A DNA stretch of 64,000 nt from Vicinamibacteria bacterium (GCA_965116805.1 OZ220713.1:532942-596941); one strand, 5' to 3'; positions 23,255 to 33,354 are shown, counted from the stretch's first letter. The notes: generated by a model from the sequence alone, not told the origin. Numbers and translations are program-made.

Positions 23255-26200
23255 CTACTGCTCCTTCCAGCGCCCGGCGTCCACCGGGTCCGCGCCCCCG
23301 GCGGTGATCCGCCCGTTCAGGTCGTCGAGACGGTCGCCGAGCAGCCCGCCGAGCCTTCCCAGGTGCTCCTCCAGCTCGCCTGACAGCTCCTCGAAGACCG
23401 CGTAGGCGCCGTCCGTGGGCTTCGCGTCGCCGGTCTCCACGCTGCGGCGGAGCGACGCGAGCCGGTTGTTGAGCCGGATCGGGAAGTTCAGCGGATCCTG
23501 GTTGCTGCGGTTCTTCGTCTGGTAGAGGGCCTCCTCGACCTCGGTCATCTCCTCGAGCAGCCGGCCGCCCTCGGCGATCAGCCCCTGGTCGCTCGATCCC
23601 TCCAGCCGCTCCTCGAGCTGCACGCGGACGTCCCGGATCTGGATCACGGCCTCGTTCGCCTCGGAGGTCCGGTCCCGGATCTTGCTGGCCAGCTCGAACT
23701 GCTCCACGAGGTCGGCGGTGGTAACGCCCTTGAGGCGGGGATCCGCGATCAGCGTGAGGTTCGTGGTCTCGGTGACGCCGGCCGCGGTGACGCTCACCCG
23801 GTACTCGCCCGGAGGCGCCTTCGGACCGCTGGTGGCCCGGGCGCTCCAGAGGATCATCCCGTCGAACTCGACGGCGCCCTGGTAGCGGCCGCTCCAGACG
23901 AAGCGGTTGAGTCCCTGGCCGGTGGTGGGCTCCGACGAGCGCCGCACCCGGAACCAGGAGAAGTCCGGCTCCGCCTCGAAGTCCGGCTCGGTCCCCTCGA
24001 AGCGGTCCACCAGCGTCCCGCTCGCGTCGTGGATCTCCACCACCACCGAGTCCACCTCCTCCGCGAGGTGGTACTGGACGATCCCGTCCTGGACGCCGCG
24101 CACCGCCGGGTCGGGATCGAAGACGGTCAGCGTGGCGTTCAGCGACTCGGGGGTGTACTGCCGGAGCGGCTGGATGTCGTCGAGGATCCAGAACCCGCGG
24201 CCGTGGGTGCCGAGCACCACGTCCGCATCCTTGACCACCAGGTCGCGGATCGGGGTGTCCGGGAGGTTCTGCTGGAGGGACACCCACTGGTCGCCGTCGT
24301 CCCAAGAGGCGTACACCGCGTGCTCGGTCCCGAGGAAGAGCAGCCCCTGGCGCACCGGGTCCTCCCGGACCGCCCGCGCGAAGTGCCCGGGGGCGATGCC
24401 GTTCACGATCTTCGTCCAGGTGGCGCCGTAGTCGGTGGTCCGGAAGACGTAGGGCTCGCGGTCGTCCACCTGGTAGCGGTTGGCGGCCACGAAGATCGTG
24501 CCGGGCCGGTGCGAGGACTCCTCGATGATGCTGACCCGGCTGAACTTCGGAAGGTCGGCCGGGGTGATCTCCGTCCAGTTCGCCCCGTGGTCCCGGGTGA
24601 CGTGGATGCGCCCGTCGTCCGAGCCGGCCCAGATGGTGTCGATGTCGTGCTGCGAAGGGGCGACCGCGAAGATCGTGGCGTAGATCTCGGGGCCGTTCAT
24701 GTCCATCGTGATGACGCCGCCGGTCTCGCCGAGCGTCTCCGGATCGGCGTAGGTCAGATCGGGGCTGATCCTGGTCCAGGACTGGCCGTCGTCCGTCGTG
24801 ATGTAGAGGAACTGCGAACTCGTGTAGAGCCGGTTCTCGTCGAGCGGCGAGAAGACGATCGGGAAGGTCCACTGCCAGCGGTCGGGGAGCGCGCTCGCCG
24901 GTTCTCCGGAGAAAAAGCGCGGATACACCTGGATGTCCCGGATCTGGCCGTTCGCGCGGTTGTAGCGGGTCAGCAGCGCTCCCTGGCTGCCGGCGTAGAA
25001 GACGTCCAGGTTCGACGGATGCTGCGTGATGTAGCCGCTCTCGCCGCCGCCCGCGTCGTAGTACCAGCGGCTGCCCGGACCGCGCGCCTGCATGTGGTCC
25101 CAGCCCTCGCTGGGCGTGCAGAGCGTGGTGTTGTCCTGCTGGGCGCCGCAGACGTGGTAGGGGAAGTCGTTCGTCACGTTCACGTGGTAGAGCTGGGTGG
25201 TCGAGTAGGCCTGACCGGTCCAGGTCTCCCCGCCGTTCACGCTCACGTTGCCCCCGCCGTCGTTGGAGTTGCACATCCGCATGGGGTTGTTGGGATCGAT
25301 CCAGAGGTCGTGCTGGTCCCCGTGGGGCGGGCGGATCACGTGGTCGAAGGTCTCGCCGCCGTCGGTTGACTTGTAGAAGCCGGTGTTCAGCGCGTAGACC
25401 GTGTCCACGTCCACCGGATCGGCGTAGACCCGGGAGTAGTAGAAGGCGCGCTGGCGCAGCTTGCGCTCGTTGTTGGTGAGCCGCCAGGTCGCGCCGCCGT
25501 CCTCGGACCGGAACACCCCGCCCTCGGGGGCTTCCACGATCGCCCAGACCCGGTCGGGGTTCGCCGGGGAAACGGTGACGCCGATCTTGCCGATGGGGCC
25601 GGCCGGCATTCCCGGGTTCTCCGTGAGCTCGGTCCAGGTGTCGCCGCCGTCGTCCGAGCGGTAGAGGCCGGAATCGGGGCCTCCGCCCCACATCTTCCAG
25701 GCCTTCCGGTACACCTGCCAGATGCTCGCGTAGAGCACGTCCGGGTTCGTGCGGTCGATGATGAGATCGGCCGCTCCCGCGCCCGGGCTGACGAAGAGGA
25801 TCCGTTCCCAGGTGTTGCCGCCGTCGCGGGAGCGGAAGACGCCGCGCTCCTCGTTGTCGCCGTAGGGATGACCGAGCGCCGCGACGTAGACGATGTCGGG
25901 GTTCACCGGATGGATCCGGATGCGGGCGACCGCCTGGGTGTCGCGGAGGCCCACGTGGCGCCAGGTCTCCCCGCCGTCGGAACTCTTGTAGACGCCGTCG
26001 CCCTGGGTGATGCTGCCCCGGAGCTGGGTCTCGCCCCCGCCGATGAAGACGATGTCGGGGTTGGTCTCCGCCACCGCGACGGCGCCGATCGAGGAGCTCG
26101 AGATCTGGCCGTCGGTCACCGGGAACCACGTCGTCCCCGAGTCGAGGGTCTTCCAGAGACCGCCGCCGGTGGCCCCGAAGTAGTACTCGTGGCGCCGGCC

Positions 26201-26380
26201 GGGACTGCCGGTGCAGGAGAGGGAACGGCCGCCGCGGAGCGGGCCGATGTTGCGCCACTCCATGGTCCGGAGGTGGGATGCCTCGAGCCGCAGGTCCTGG
26301 GCGAAACCGGGCGCGGCGAGGGCGAGCGCCGCCAGGCCGGCGAGCGCCGCGCGGGTGAATCTCAGTTGCCGAAAAGCCAT
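23255..26380 (-). CDS. Secreted BNR/VPS10-repeat glycosyl hydrolase-like protein
   Basis: Signal peptide, WRNIGPLRGGRS, many S/T-x-D-G-G-x-T-W Asp-box repeats, THGRGFWILDD. Confidence 0.9.
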   Translation of the reverse strand: MAFRQLRFTRAALAGLAALALAAPGFAQDLRLEASHLRTMEWRNIGPLRGGRSLSCTGSPGRRHEYYFGATGGGLWKTLDSGTTWFPVTDGQISSSSIGAVAVAETNPDIVFIGGGETQLRGSITQGDGVYKSSDGGETWRHVGLRDTQAVARIRIHPVNPDIVYVAALGHPYGDNEERGVFRSRDGGNTWERILFVSPGAGAADLIIDRTNPDVLYASIWQVYRKAWKMWGGGPDSGLYRSDDGGDTWTELTENPGMPAGPIGKIGVTVSPANPDRVWAIVEAPEGGVFRSEDGGATWRLTNNERKLRQRAFYYSRVYADPVDVDTVYALNTGFYKSTDGGETFDHVIRPPHGDQHDLWIDPNNPMRMCNSNDGGGNVSVNGGETWTGQAYSTTQLYHVNVTNDFPYHVCGAQQDNTTLCTPSEGWDHMQARGPGSRWYYDAGGGESGYITQHPSNLDVFYAGSQGALLTRYNRANGQIRDIQVYPRFFSGEPASALPDRWQWTFPIVFSPLDENRLYTSSQFLYITTDDGQSWTRISPDLTYADPETLGETGGVITMDMNGPEIYATIFAVAPSQHDIDTIWAGSDDGRIHVTRDHGANWTEITPADLPKFSRVSIIEESSHRPGTIFVAANRYQVDDREPYVFRTTDYGATWTKIVNGIAPGHFARAVREDPVRQGLLFLGTEHAVYASWDDGDQWVSLQQNLPDTPIRDLVVKDADVVLGTHGRGFWILDDIQPLRQYTPESLNATLTVFDPDPAVRGVQDGIVQYHLAEEVDSVVVEIHDASGTLVDRFEGTEPDFEAEPDFSWFRVRRSSEPTTGQGLNRFVWSGRYQGAVEFDGMILWSARATSGPKAPPGEYRVSVTAAGVTETTNLTLIADPRLKGVTTADLVEQFELASKIRDRTSEANEAVIQIRDVRVQLEERLEGSSDQGLIAEGGRLLEEMTEVEEALYQTKNRSNQDPLNFPIRLNNRLASLRRSVETGDAKPTDGAYAVFEELSGELEEHLGRLGGLLGDRLDDLNGRITAGGADPVDAGRWKEQ

Positions 26381-26504
26381 TCGAACGGCCTCCTGTGAGG
26401 ACAGATTCCCGAAGCGGAAGAACCCTGGAGCATATGGCCACGCGGCCCTGAATCCGTCCGTGGCTACCTCGCCGGGAGGCCGCTTGTTAGCATTCCCGGA
26501 GCCC

Positions 26505-26768
26505 ATGGCCAACCGCTCCCGACAGACGTTTCTCAAGCGCCGCAAGGAAAAGGAGCGCGTTGCGCGGCAGCGGGCCAAGGAATTGCGGCGCCGCGAACGC
26601 GCCATCGAGAAGGAGCGGGCGAAGGCCGCGCCCACGGACGGCGACCGCGACATCGAGGGGATCGTCGCGGGTCCTCAGGAGCCCGTCTGGAAGATGGCGG
26701 ACGTCCTGACCGAGGACGAGCGGAGCCTGCTCGAGGCCGAGGAAGAAGAGGAAGAAGCGCGGGCGTAG
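26505..26768 (+). CDS. Small charged hypothetical protein
   Basis: MANRSRQTFLKRRKEKER...DIEGIVAGPQ; basic N-terminus, acidic C-terminus; good codon usage. Confidence 0.7.
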   Translation: MANRSRQTFLKRRKEKERVARQRAKELRRRERAIEKERAKAAPTDGDRDIEGIVAGPQEPVWKMADVLTEDERSLLEAEEEEEEARA

Positions 26769-26779
26769 GAGTCTGCGCC

Positions 26780-26895
26780 GCGGCTTGGAGCGCCGCGCGT
26801 GCCATCACGGCCGTTGGCGTTACGCCGTGCGCGGCGCGCCAGTTCTCCCGGTGGGGGGGCGCCGCGCGTGCCGATCTGGAGATCGGCGTTCCAGG
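26780..26895. repeat. REP-like element pair
   Basis: GGCTTGGAGCGCCG... and GCCGATCTGGAGATCGGCGTTCCA hairpin. Confidence 0.65.
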
Positions 26896-26899
26896 CCCG

Positions 26900-27526
26900 T
26901 CAGCCGCGGCGGCTGGTGCGGGCGCGCGGTCCCCGGCGCCCGCGCATCTGCTCGAGCTGCTCGCGCTGCTCCTCGGTGAGGATGGCGGCGATCCGCTCGC
27001 GTTCGGAACGGCGCTGGAGCGCCTGGTCCGCCTGGGCCCTGCCGAAGGCCTCGCCGAGCGCCTGGACTTCTTCGGCGCTCCGTTCGGGGTTCCGCGCCGC
27101 CCGCTGGAAGGAACGCCGGGCGTCGGCGACCTCCCGCCGGCTCGTCCGGCGGTTGTCGCCGATCTCCCGCATCGCCTCCCGCATCTGGTCACGCTGCTCC
27201 CCGGTGAGGTCGAGCGCCGCGGCCAGGCGCCGTCCGAACCAGCGCGCCGCCGGACCCGAGCGGCCTTCGCGGCGCGCACCCCGGCGGGCGCGGCGCTCCT
27301 GGCCGGCCCAGCGCCGGTCGAACCGGCGCTCCATCCGTTCGCGGCCCGGCTGCGACGCCGTCTCCGGTGTGGGCTCCGCGGAGGGCCCCGCGAGCGTCCG
27401 GGCATCCGGCTCCGGGGGCGATTCCGCGGCGGCCGGCCCGGCGGCGACCAGCGCGAAGGGCGCGGCGATCAGGAGCGCGCGGAAGAGGCCGGATCGAACC
27501 GGCGCGGGACTCTTGCTCTGCTTCAT
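26900..27526 (-). CDS. Spy/CpxP family periplasmic chaperone
   Basis: Signal peptide and two LTxEQ motifs (LDLTGEQR, ILTEEQR). Confidence 0.85.
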   Translation of the reverse strand: MKQSKSPAPVRSGLFRALLIAAPFALVAAGPAAAESPPEPDARTLAGPSAEPTPETASQPGRERMERRFDRRWAGQERRARRGARREGRSGPAARWFGRRLAAALDLTGEQRDQMREAMREIGDNRRTSRREVADARRSFQRAARNPERSAEEVQALGEAFGRAQADQALQRRSERERIAAILTEEQREQLEQMRGRRGPRARTSRRG

Positions 27527-27572
27527 GGGAGGGACTCCTTTCCGCGCTCCGGCGCGCGGTGTATCGGACGAA

Positions 27573-27598
27573 AACGCAACCGGTGTGCCACATGTTCC
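27573..27598 (-). promoter_or_regulatory. Putative ECF-sigma promoter GGAAC-N17-CGTT upstream of the Spy/CpxP gene
   Basis: Minus strand reads GGAAC ATGTGGCACACCGGTTG CGTT, about 47 bp before the ATG. Confidence 0.55.
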
Positions 27599-27635
27599 CA
27601 GTGATAAAGTTGGCCGGTTCCGACGAAATTCGGTT

Positions 27636-27710
27636 GGCGGGGTAGCTCAGTCCGGTTAGAGCGAAGGACTCATAACCCTTAGGTCGGCGGTTCAAGTCCG
27701 CCCCCCGCTA
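27636..27710 (+). tRNA. tRNA-Met (CAT), elongator type; CCA not encoded
   Basis: GGCGGGG acceptor stem pairs with CCCCGCT; TAGCTCAG D-arm, CTCATAA anticodon loop, GGTTCAAGTCC T-loop. Confidence 0.93.
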
Positions 27711-27756
27711 CCGTCGGCAACCTCCGTGTCTCGGAGGTCCGGCTTCGGGAGTTGCC

Positions 27757-28086
27757 ATGGACATGAAGAAAACGTTCAAGATCAAGGCTCGGCGGGACGT
27801 CGCCTGTCCCGAGGTGTACGCGAACTTCTGCGAAGCGACGCACTCACCCTTCGATCTGACGATCACCTTCTGCAGCCTCACCGGCATCCAGCCGGAGGAT
27901 CTCTCGCACACCGATTCATCCGGTGAACCGGTCGTGCACGCGGACCCCAAGACCCGGGTCACGCTTCCCTTCCGGATCGTCCCCGCCCTCATCAAGATGC
28001 TCGAGACCCAGTTGAGCGCCGTGGAGCAGAGCGAGGGCGAGGGCGTCCCCCGCCCGCAGGGAACCGACTCCTCCACCGTTCACTAG
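27757..28086 (+). CDS. DUF3467-like protein
   Basis: EVYANF...SPFDLTITF...RVTLP...ALIKML pattern. Confidence 0.7.
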   Translation: MDMKKTFKIKARRDVACPEVYANFCEATHSPFDLTITFCSLTGIQPEDLSHTDSSGEPVVHADPKTRVTLPFRIVPALIKMLETQLSAVEQSEGEGVPRPQGTDSSTVH

Positions 28087-28541
28087 TGCCCCGCACCGCC
28101 CGCTCCCCCCGGCGCGCCGAGCGGCCGAAGGCGCCGCGTACGGACCGGGACGTCGGCCTGGACCGGATCCAGGACTCCCGCGCCGCCGTGGCGAGGAAAT
28201 CGCTCTGGCTGAAGCGCGGCAGCGTGGCCCTGGTGGCGGGCGCCATCGGCTTCGGGGTCCTCCAGGGATGGCTTCTCCTGCGGCTGGCCGCGATCCCGGC
28301 CGCGCTCTGGTTCTGGTGGATGGACGCCTCGCTCACCCGCACCGACGAGCGGTTGCAGCGGCTCTACGACGGCGTCTTCGAGGGATCGGCGGAACCGCCG
28401 CTGATGGGCACCGAGATGGCGGCGGCGGCCGAGATGACGGAGCCGGCCGGCGCACTCCGGCGGGCGATCCTCTCAGGCCCCGGCGCCAGTCTCCACTGGA
28501 TGATGTCCGGCGTCGCCGTCCTCTTCAACATTCTCGGCTGA
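28086..28541 (+). CDS. Hypothetical membrane protein
   Basis: TM segments, FWWMDA...ERLQRLYD pattern; coupled to the upstream gene. Confidence 0.65.
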   Translation: MPRTARSPRRAERPKAPRTDRDVGLDRIQDSRAAVARKSLWLKRGSVALVAGAIGFGVLQGWLLLRLAAIPAALWFWWMDASLTRTDERLQRLYDGVFEGSAEPPLMGTEMAAAAEMTEPAGALRRAILSGPGASLHWMMSGVAVLFNILG

Positions 28542-28811
28542 ATCGCTGCCCTCGCCCTCCGGGGCCGGGATCGCGATGCGTTCCTCGATCAGCATGATCG
28601 GGATCCCGTTCCGCACCGGATAGAGGAACTTCCCGTCTTCCCGGACCAGGCCGCCGTCCAGAACGCCGGCCGCCTCGCCGCCGGCGGGCACGCTGAGGCT
28701 GCCGTCGCGGATGGCCCGGTTCACCGATTCCACGAGCGCCTCGGGCGCCTCGCGCACCGGCTGCCGGGTCTCCGGGCAACACAGGATCTCGAGAAGTTCG
28801 GGATGGATCAT
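28473..28811 (-). CDS. Trm112 family protein
   Basis: MIHPELLEILCCPET...YPVRNGIPIMLIEE. Confidence 0.85.
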   Translation of the reverse strand: MIHPELLEILCCPETRQPVREAPEALVESVNRAIRDGSLSVPAGGEAAGVLDGGLVREDGKFLYPVRNGIPIMLIEERIAIPAPEGEGSDSAENVEEDGDAGHHPVETGAGA

Positions 28812-28873
28812 TCAGATCACATTATCGGAGGTGGAAGCCCCCGGCACAGCCCCCGGCAATTCGGGGGGGAAAG

Positions 28874-28905
28874 TGTGAAAGGGGGGGCTCGCCCCCCCTT
28901 TCACA
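28874..28905. terminator. Perfect 14-bp hairpin (terminator or second REP type) downstream of tRNA-Leu
   Basis: TGTGAAAGGGGGGG-CTCG-CCCCCCCTTTCACA. Confidence 0.5.
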
Positions 28906-29076
28906 AAACGGAAACCTACATCGGAACTCGCCGCCGCGCGCCGCAGGCGCGCAAGGGAGTTTCGATTGCCAGGCGCGAAGCGCCTGGGCGGACCGGGAAC
29001 GGGGCCTCCCCGCTCACCTGAATCAGCCGACCAGACTGGAACCGTCTCGCGGCCCCGTTCCCGGTCCGCTCAGACC

Positions 29077-29164
29077 TGGTGCCGGAGGAGGGACTCGAAC
29101 CCTCATGATCACGAGGACCGCGGGATTTTGAGTCCCGTGCGTCTACCAATTCCGCCACTCCGGC
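29077..29164 (-). tRNA. tRNA-Leu (CAA)
   Basis: Reverse complement GCCGGAGTGGCGGAATTGGTAGACGC...CTCAAAA...long variable arm...GGTTCGAGTCCCTCCTCCGGCACCA. Confidence 0.96.
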
Positions 29165-29316
29165 AAACCCCGAAGCGCCCGGCGCCCGGAATCACAGTCT
29201 ACCAACCGGGGGTCGCAGTTCTTCGGTATCCCGGCGGCGGCGAAGGCCCGGTCCGCCACCGCCGGCGGGCGCGCCAAATCCCAAGAATGCCAGCGTTTCC
29301 CGGCGGTTCCTGGGTG

Positions 29317-29325
29317 TGGTATGAT
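29317..29325 (+). promoter_or_regulatory. Extended -10 promoter (TGnTATGAT) of carD
   Basis: TGGTATGAT about 50 bp upstream of the ATG in an AT-richer patch. Confidence 0.5.
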
Positions 29326-29374
29326 TAACGGTTCGCGTATCCGAAACGCTACCGGGAGGCGTCGCTGAGTGTTG

Positions 29375-30013
29375 ATGCGGTTTGAAGTTGGAGACAAGGT
29401 GATCTACCCGAATCAGGGGATCAGCATTGTCGAGAGTATTGAGTCCACCAACGGAACTGCAGGACCGAACTTCTATCGCCTGCGCCTGTTGTCAAAGTCA
29501 ACCCTGGTCATGGTTCCCATCGACAAGGTCGACGAGGTCGGGCTGCGGCCGATCATGACCGAGAGCGATGTCGAGGAAGTGCTCGACGTGCTCGAGAACG
29601 GCGCGGTCGACGAGCAGATCAACTGGAAGACCCGCTACAAGGACAACTCGGACCGCATGAAGAGCGGTTCGCCCGTGGAGGTTGCCGGAGTCCTCAAGGG
29701 GCTCTTCTATCTCAGCGAGCGAAAGACCCTCTCCTTCCGCGAGAAGCGGATGCTCGACCGGGCGCATCAGCTCACCGTGACCGAGGTCGCCGAAGTCGCC
29801 GAAGAAACCCTCGAGGCGGTCGAGCGGAAGGTCGTGGAGGCTCTCCGCCGCAGCCGGAACGGAGACAACGGCATCGAGGCCGTCGAGGGGGAGAACGACG
29901 GAGGAACCGGGGCGGCCACCAGCGTGGTGCCCCTCCGTCCGCCCAAGCGGCGCCGGGTCGCCAAGTCCGGCAGCGGACGGCGGCCGGTTTCGATCTCGAT
30001 CAACCGCTACTGA
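29375..30013 (+). CDS. carD: CarD family transcriptional regulator
   Basis: FEVGDKVIYPNQG, VGLRP, NWKTRYK, LSFREKRML. Confidence 0.93.
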   Translation: MRFEVGDKVIYPNQGISIVESIESTNGTAGPNFYRLRLLSKSTLVMVPIDKVDEVGLRPIMTESDVEEVLDVLENGAVDEQINWKTRYKDNSDRMKSGSPVEVAGVLKGLFYLSERKTLSFREKRMLDRAHQLTVTEVAEVAEETLEAVERKVVEALRRSRNGDNGIEAVEGENDGGTGAATSVVPLRPPKRRRVAKSGSGRRPVSISINRY

Positions 30014-30031
30014 CCCTTCGCCGGGACACGG

Positions 30032-30874
30032 GTGGGCGAACGTGAGGTGGTGAACCCTCGCCCCGAGGCCGATGGGCGGCCGCCCCGCTGGAGCGGACGT
30101 CTCCGCACCGCCCGCGCCGTGGTGGGCACGGCGGGAATCGCGCTGGTCCTGCCGTTCCTGTTGCTGGCGGGATTGATGCTGATGCCGCTCGGGGACGTGC
30201 TCAGCGGCCGCCACCGCCTCGGCTACGAGATCGGACGCCGGATCGTCTGGGTCTTGTGGTTCGTCGGCGGCATCCGCATGCACGAGGTGGACCGGCGCCG
30301 CGTCGAGCCGTTCCGGACGCGCGTCTACATGCCCAACCACCAGTCGCTGGCCGACATGCCGCAGGTGCTCTATCTGCTCCCGAAGGCGAACGGGACGCTG
30401 ATCAAGAAGGAGGCGTTCCGCGTCCCGGTGCTCGGCGGGGCGTTTCGCGCGGCCGGCTTCACGCCCGTGGACCGTTCCAACCCGAAGGCGGCGCGGGCGA
30501 GCCTCGAAGCGGCGGTCACGGCCATGAAGAACGGCCGGTCCTTCGTGATCGCCCCCGAAGGGACCCGGAGCCGCACCGGAAAGCTCGGACCCTTCAAGTC
30601 GGGCGGATTCCGGCTCGCGGCCCGGGCGGGGGTGCCGGTGGTGCCGATCACCGTCACCGGAGCCCGGGACGTTCTCCCCAAGGGGGGCAAGCTGATCTAT
30701 CCCGGGACCATTCAGGTGCGGTATCACGAACCCATCGAGACCACGGACATCGATCCCCAGAACCGGGAGGCCATCGGAGCGCTGATGGAACGGGTGCGCG
30801 GCGCCATCCAGAGCGGCCTCGACGCGACGCGCCCGGCCGCCCAGGGCCAGCAGCCCGGGGACAGCATGGGGTGA
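30032..30874 (+). CDS. plsC: 1-acyl-sn-glycerol-3-phosphate acyltransferase
   Basis: NHQSLAD (HX4D), PEGTRS, PFKSGGF. Confidence 0.88.
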   Translation: MGEREVVNPRPEADGRPPRWSGRLRTARAVVGTAGIALVLPFLLLAGLMLMPLGDVLSGRHRLGYEIGRRIVWVLWFVGGIRMHEVDRRRVEPFRTRVYMPNHQSLADMPQVLYLLPKANGTLIKKEAFRVPVLGGAFRAAGFTPVDRSNPKAARASLEAAVTAMKNGRSFVIAPEGTRSRTGKLGPFKSGGFRLAARAGVPVVPITVTGARDVLPKGGKLIYPGTIQVRYHEPIETTDIDPQNREAIGALMERVRGAIQSGLDATRPAAQGQQPGDSMG

Positions 30875-30879
30875 GCGCA

Positions 30880-30930
30880 GCGGAGCGCCGGCCTCCGGCC
30901 GGCATCGCGGCCGCAGGCCGCGAAACGCAT
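30880..30930. repeat. REP-like element
   Basis: CGGAGCGCCGGCCTCCGGCCGGCATCGCGGCCGCAGGCCGCGAAACGC; reverse complement of copies at 34212, 34654 and 54097. Confidence 0.75.
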
Positions 30931-30982
30931 CACCGGGGGTGTTCCGGAGGACCCTTGGGCCACTAGAATCAACGCTCCGTCC

Positions 30983-32611
30983 TTGACCCACCTCCAGACC
31001 GAGCATCTCGGCTTCGCGCAGAGCCGTCACGGCCTCAAGCTCGCCGGCATCCGGTATCCGCGCCGGGTCTTCTGGAATCTCTCGAGCGCGGCCCTGACGC
31101 AGGAAGCCGTGTTCCGGGGCGAGGCGATCCTGGCCCACGGAGGCCCGATCGTGGTCCGCACCGGAGAGTTCACCGGCCGGTCCCCCTCGGACAAGTACGT
31201 GGTGGGCGGGCCGGGCCCGAACCCCGACGTCTGGTGGGGTCCGCACAACCAGCCGTTCCCCAAGGCGCGCTACGACCGGCTGCGCTGGCGGCTCACCGCG
31301 TACCTGCAGAACCGCGAGCTCTTCGTCCAGGACTGCTTCGTCGGCGCCCATCCGCGTTTCCGCATGCCGCTCCGGGTCATCACGACCGAAGCCTGGCAGA
31401 GCCTGTTCGCGCGCAACATGTTCGTGAGGTCGCGGAACCGCGACGTGCTGAGCGAGCATCTGCCGCAGTACACCGTCATCGCCGCCCCCCGGTTCCGGGC
31501 CGCCCCGGACCAGGACGGCACCCGGTCCGAAGTGTTCGTGATCGTCAACTTCGAGCGGAAGGAAGTGCTGATCGGCGGCACCGCCTACGCCGGCGAGATC
31601 AAGAAGTCGGTGTTCTCGGTGATGAACTGGCTGATGCCCGAGCACGACGTGCTGCCGATGCACTGCGCCGCGAACACGGATGCGCACGGCGGGAACCTCG
31701 CGATCTTCTTCGGCCTCTCGGGCACCGGCAAGACGACGCTCTCGGCAGACCCCGGCAGGGTCCTGATCGGCGACGACGAGCACGGCTGGGGGACGGACGG
31801 CGTCTTCAACTTCGAAGGCGGCTGTTACGCCAAGGTGATCCGGCTCTCGCGGACCGGCGAGCCCGAGATCCACGCCACCACCCGGAAGTTCGGCACCATC
31901 CTCGAGAACGTCGTGGTGCACGAGGACACGCGGCGGCTCGACCTCGACAGCGCTGAGTTCACCGAGAACACCCGCGCTTCCTACCCGGTCACCCACATCC
32001 CGAGCGCTTCGAAGAGCGGCGCGGGCGGGCAGCCGGAAGTCGTGCTGATGCTGACCGCCGACGCCTTCGGCGTCCTGCCCCCGATCGCCCGCCTGTCCTC
32101 CGGGCAGGCGATGCACCACTTCATGTCCGGATACACCGCCAAGGTCGCCGGCACCGAACGGGGGATCAGCGAACCGCAGGCGACCTTCAGCGCGTGCTTC
32201 GGGGCTCCGTTCATGACCCGGCGGCCCGAGGTGTACGCCGGCCTCCTGGGGCGGCGCATCGAGGAGCAGGACGTCCGCTGCTATCTCGTGAACACCGGCT
32301 GGGCGGGCGGCCCCTGCGGGGTCGCGGACCGCATGCCGCTGGCGCTCACCCGGCAACTGGTCCGGGCGGCCCTGAGCGGCGAGATCGACCGGGCGGGATT
32401 CGACCGGGAGCCGGTCTTCGGGCTCAGCATTCCCCGCGCCTGCCCGGGCGTTCCGGGGCGCGTGCTCGAACCCCGCGGCGCCTGGGACGACCCCGCCGCC
32501 TACGACCGCCAGGCCCGGATACTGAGCGAGATGTTCGAGGAGAACGCGAAGGAGCTGGGAATCCCGGCGCCCTCCGCGGCCAGCGAGGCCCCGCTCGTCC
32601 CGTCGGGATGA
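30983..32611 (+). CDS. pckA: Phosphoenolpyruvate carboxykinase (ATP)
   Basis: TGRSPSDK, YAGEIKK, MHC, FFGLSGTGKTTLSAD, LIGDDEHGW, FNFEGGCYAK. Confidence 0.97.
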   Translation: MTHLQTEHLGFAQSRHGLKLAGIRYPRRVFWNLSSAALTQEAVFRGEAILAHGGPIVVRTGEFTGRSPSDKYVVGGPGPNPDVWWGPHNQPFPKARYDRLRWRLTAYLQNRELFVQDCFVGAHPRFRMPLRVITTEAWQSLFARNMFVRSRNRDVLSEHLPQYTVIAAPRFRAAPDQDGTRSEVFVIVNFERKEVLIGGTAYAGEIKKSVFSVMNWLMPEHDVLPMHCAANTDAHGGNLAIFFGLSGTGKTTLSADPGRVLIGDDEHGWGTDGVFNFEGGCYAKVIRLSRTGEPEIHATTRKFGTILENVVVHEDTRRLDLDSAEFTENTRASYPVTHIPSASKSGAGGQPEVVLMLTADAFGVLPPIARLSSGQAMHHFMSGYTAKVAGTERGISEPQATFSACFGAPFMTRRPEVYAGLLGRRIEEQDVRCYLVNTGWAGGPCGVADRMPLALTRQLVRAALSGEIDRAGFDREPVFGLSIPRACPGVPGRVLEPRGAWDDPAAYDRQARILSEMFEENAKELGIPAPSAASEAPLVPSG

Positions 32612-33354
32612 GCGGTCCCGAACGAATCCTGGTTCTCCTCCGTCACGGGGAGAGCGTCTGGAACCGGCAGAACCGGTTCACCGGCTGGGCCGACGTGCCG
32701 CTCACCAACACGGGACACGAGCAGGCGCGGCGCTCCGGGGACCAGTTGCGGGAGGCCGGGATCGTTCCGGTGGTGGCGCACACCTCGGTCCTGCAGCGCG
32801 CCGTCCACACGCTCGAGGAAGTCCTCGGCCGGCTCGATCTGCCGGACCTCCCGATCCGGTACGCCTGGGAGCTGAACGAACGGCACTACGGACGGCTCCA
32901 GGGGAAGGACAAGGCCGAGACGGAGCGCGAGTTCGGGCCGGACCAGACGCTCGCCTGGCGCCGCAGTTACGCCGATCCGCCGCCGCCGGTGGACCTCGAC
33001 GACCGGCGGCACCCGCGGTTCGACGAGCGCTACGCGGAGGTTCCGGTGGACGTCCTGCCGCGCGGCGAATCGCTGCGGGACACCGCGCGGCGGGTGATCC
33101 CCTACTGGGAGCGGCGGATCGTTCCGGACCTCGCCCTGGGTCCGGTGCTGGTGGTCGCGCACGGCAACAGCCTGCGCTCGCTCGTCATGCACCTCGAGGG
33201 CATCGGGCCGGCCGAGATCCAGCAGCGGAACATCCCGACCGGGATCCCGCTGGTGTACCGGCTGGACGCGGCGCTGGGCGTGCTCGGCCAGCGCTACCTG
33301 GCGGGGGAAGCGGAGCTCACGGACGGGATCGCGAAGGCGATCCAGCGTCCGTAG
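32608..33354 (+). CDS. gpmA: 2,3-bisphosphoglycerate-dependent phosphoglycerate mutase
   Basis: LRHGESVWN, LNERHYG, AHGNSLR, NIPTGIP. Confidence 0.96.
   Translation: MSGPERILVLLRHGESVWNRQNRFTGWADVPLTNTGHEQARRSGDQLREAGIVPVVAHTSVLQRAVHTLEEVLGRLDLPDLPIRYAWELNERHYGRLQGKDKAETEREFGPDQTLAWRRSYADPPPPVDLDDRRHPRFDERYAEVPVDVLPRGESLRDTARRVIPYWERRIVPDLALGPVLVVAHGNSLRSLVMHLEGIGPAEIQQRNIPTGIPLVYRLDAALGVLGQRYLAGEAELTDGIAKAIQRP

Noticed and set aside
28916-29158. ORF MAELVDARDSKS...
   Set aside because: This is a translation of the tRNA-Leu gene.
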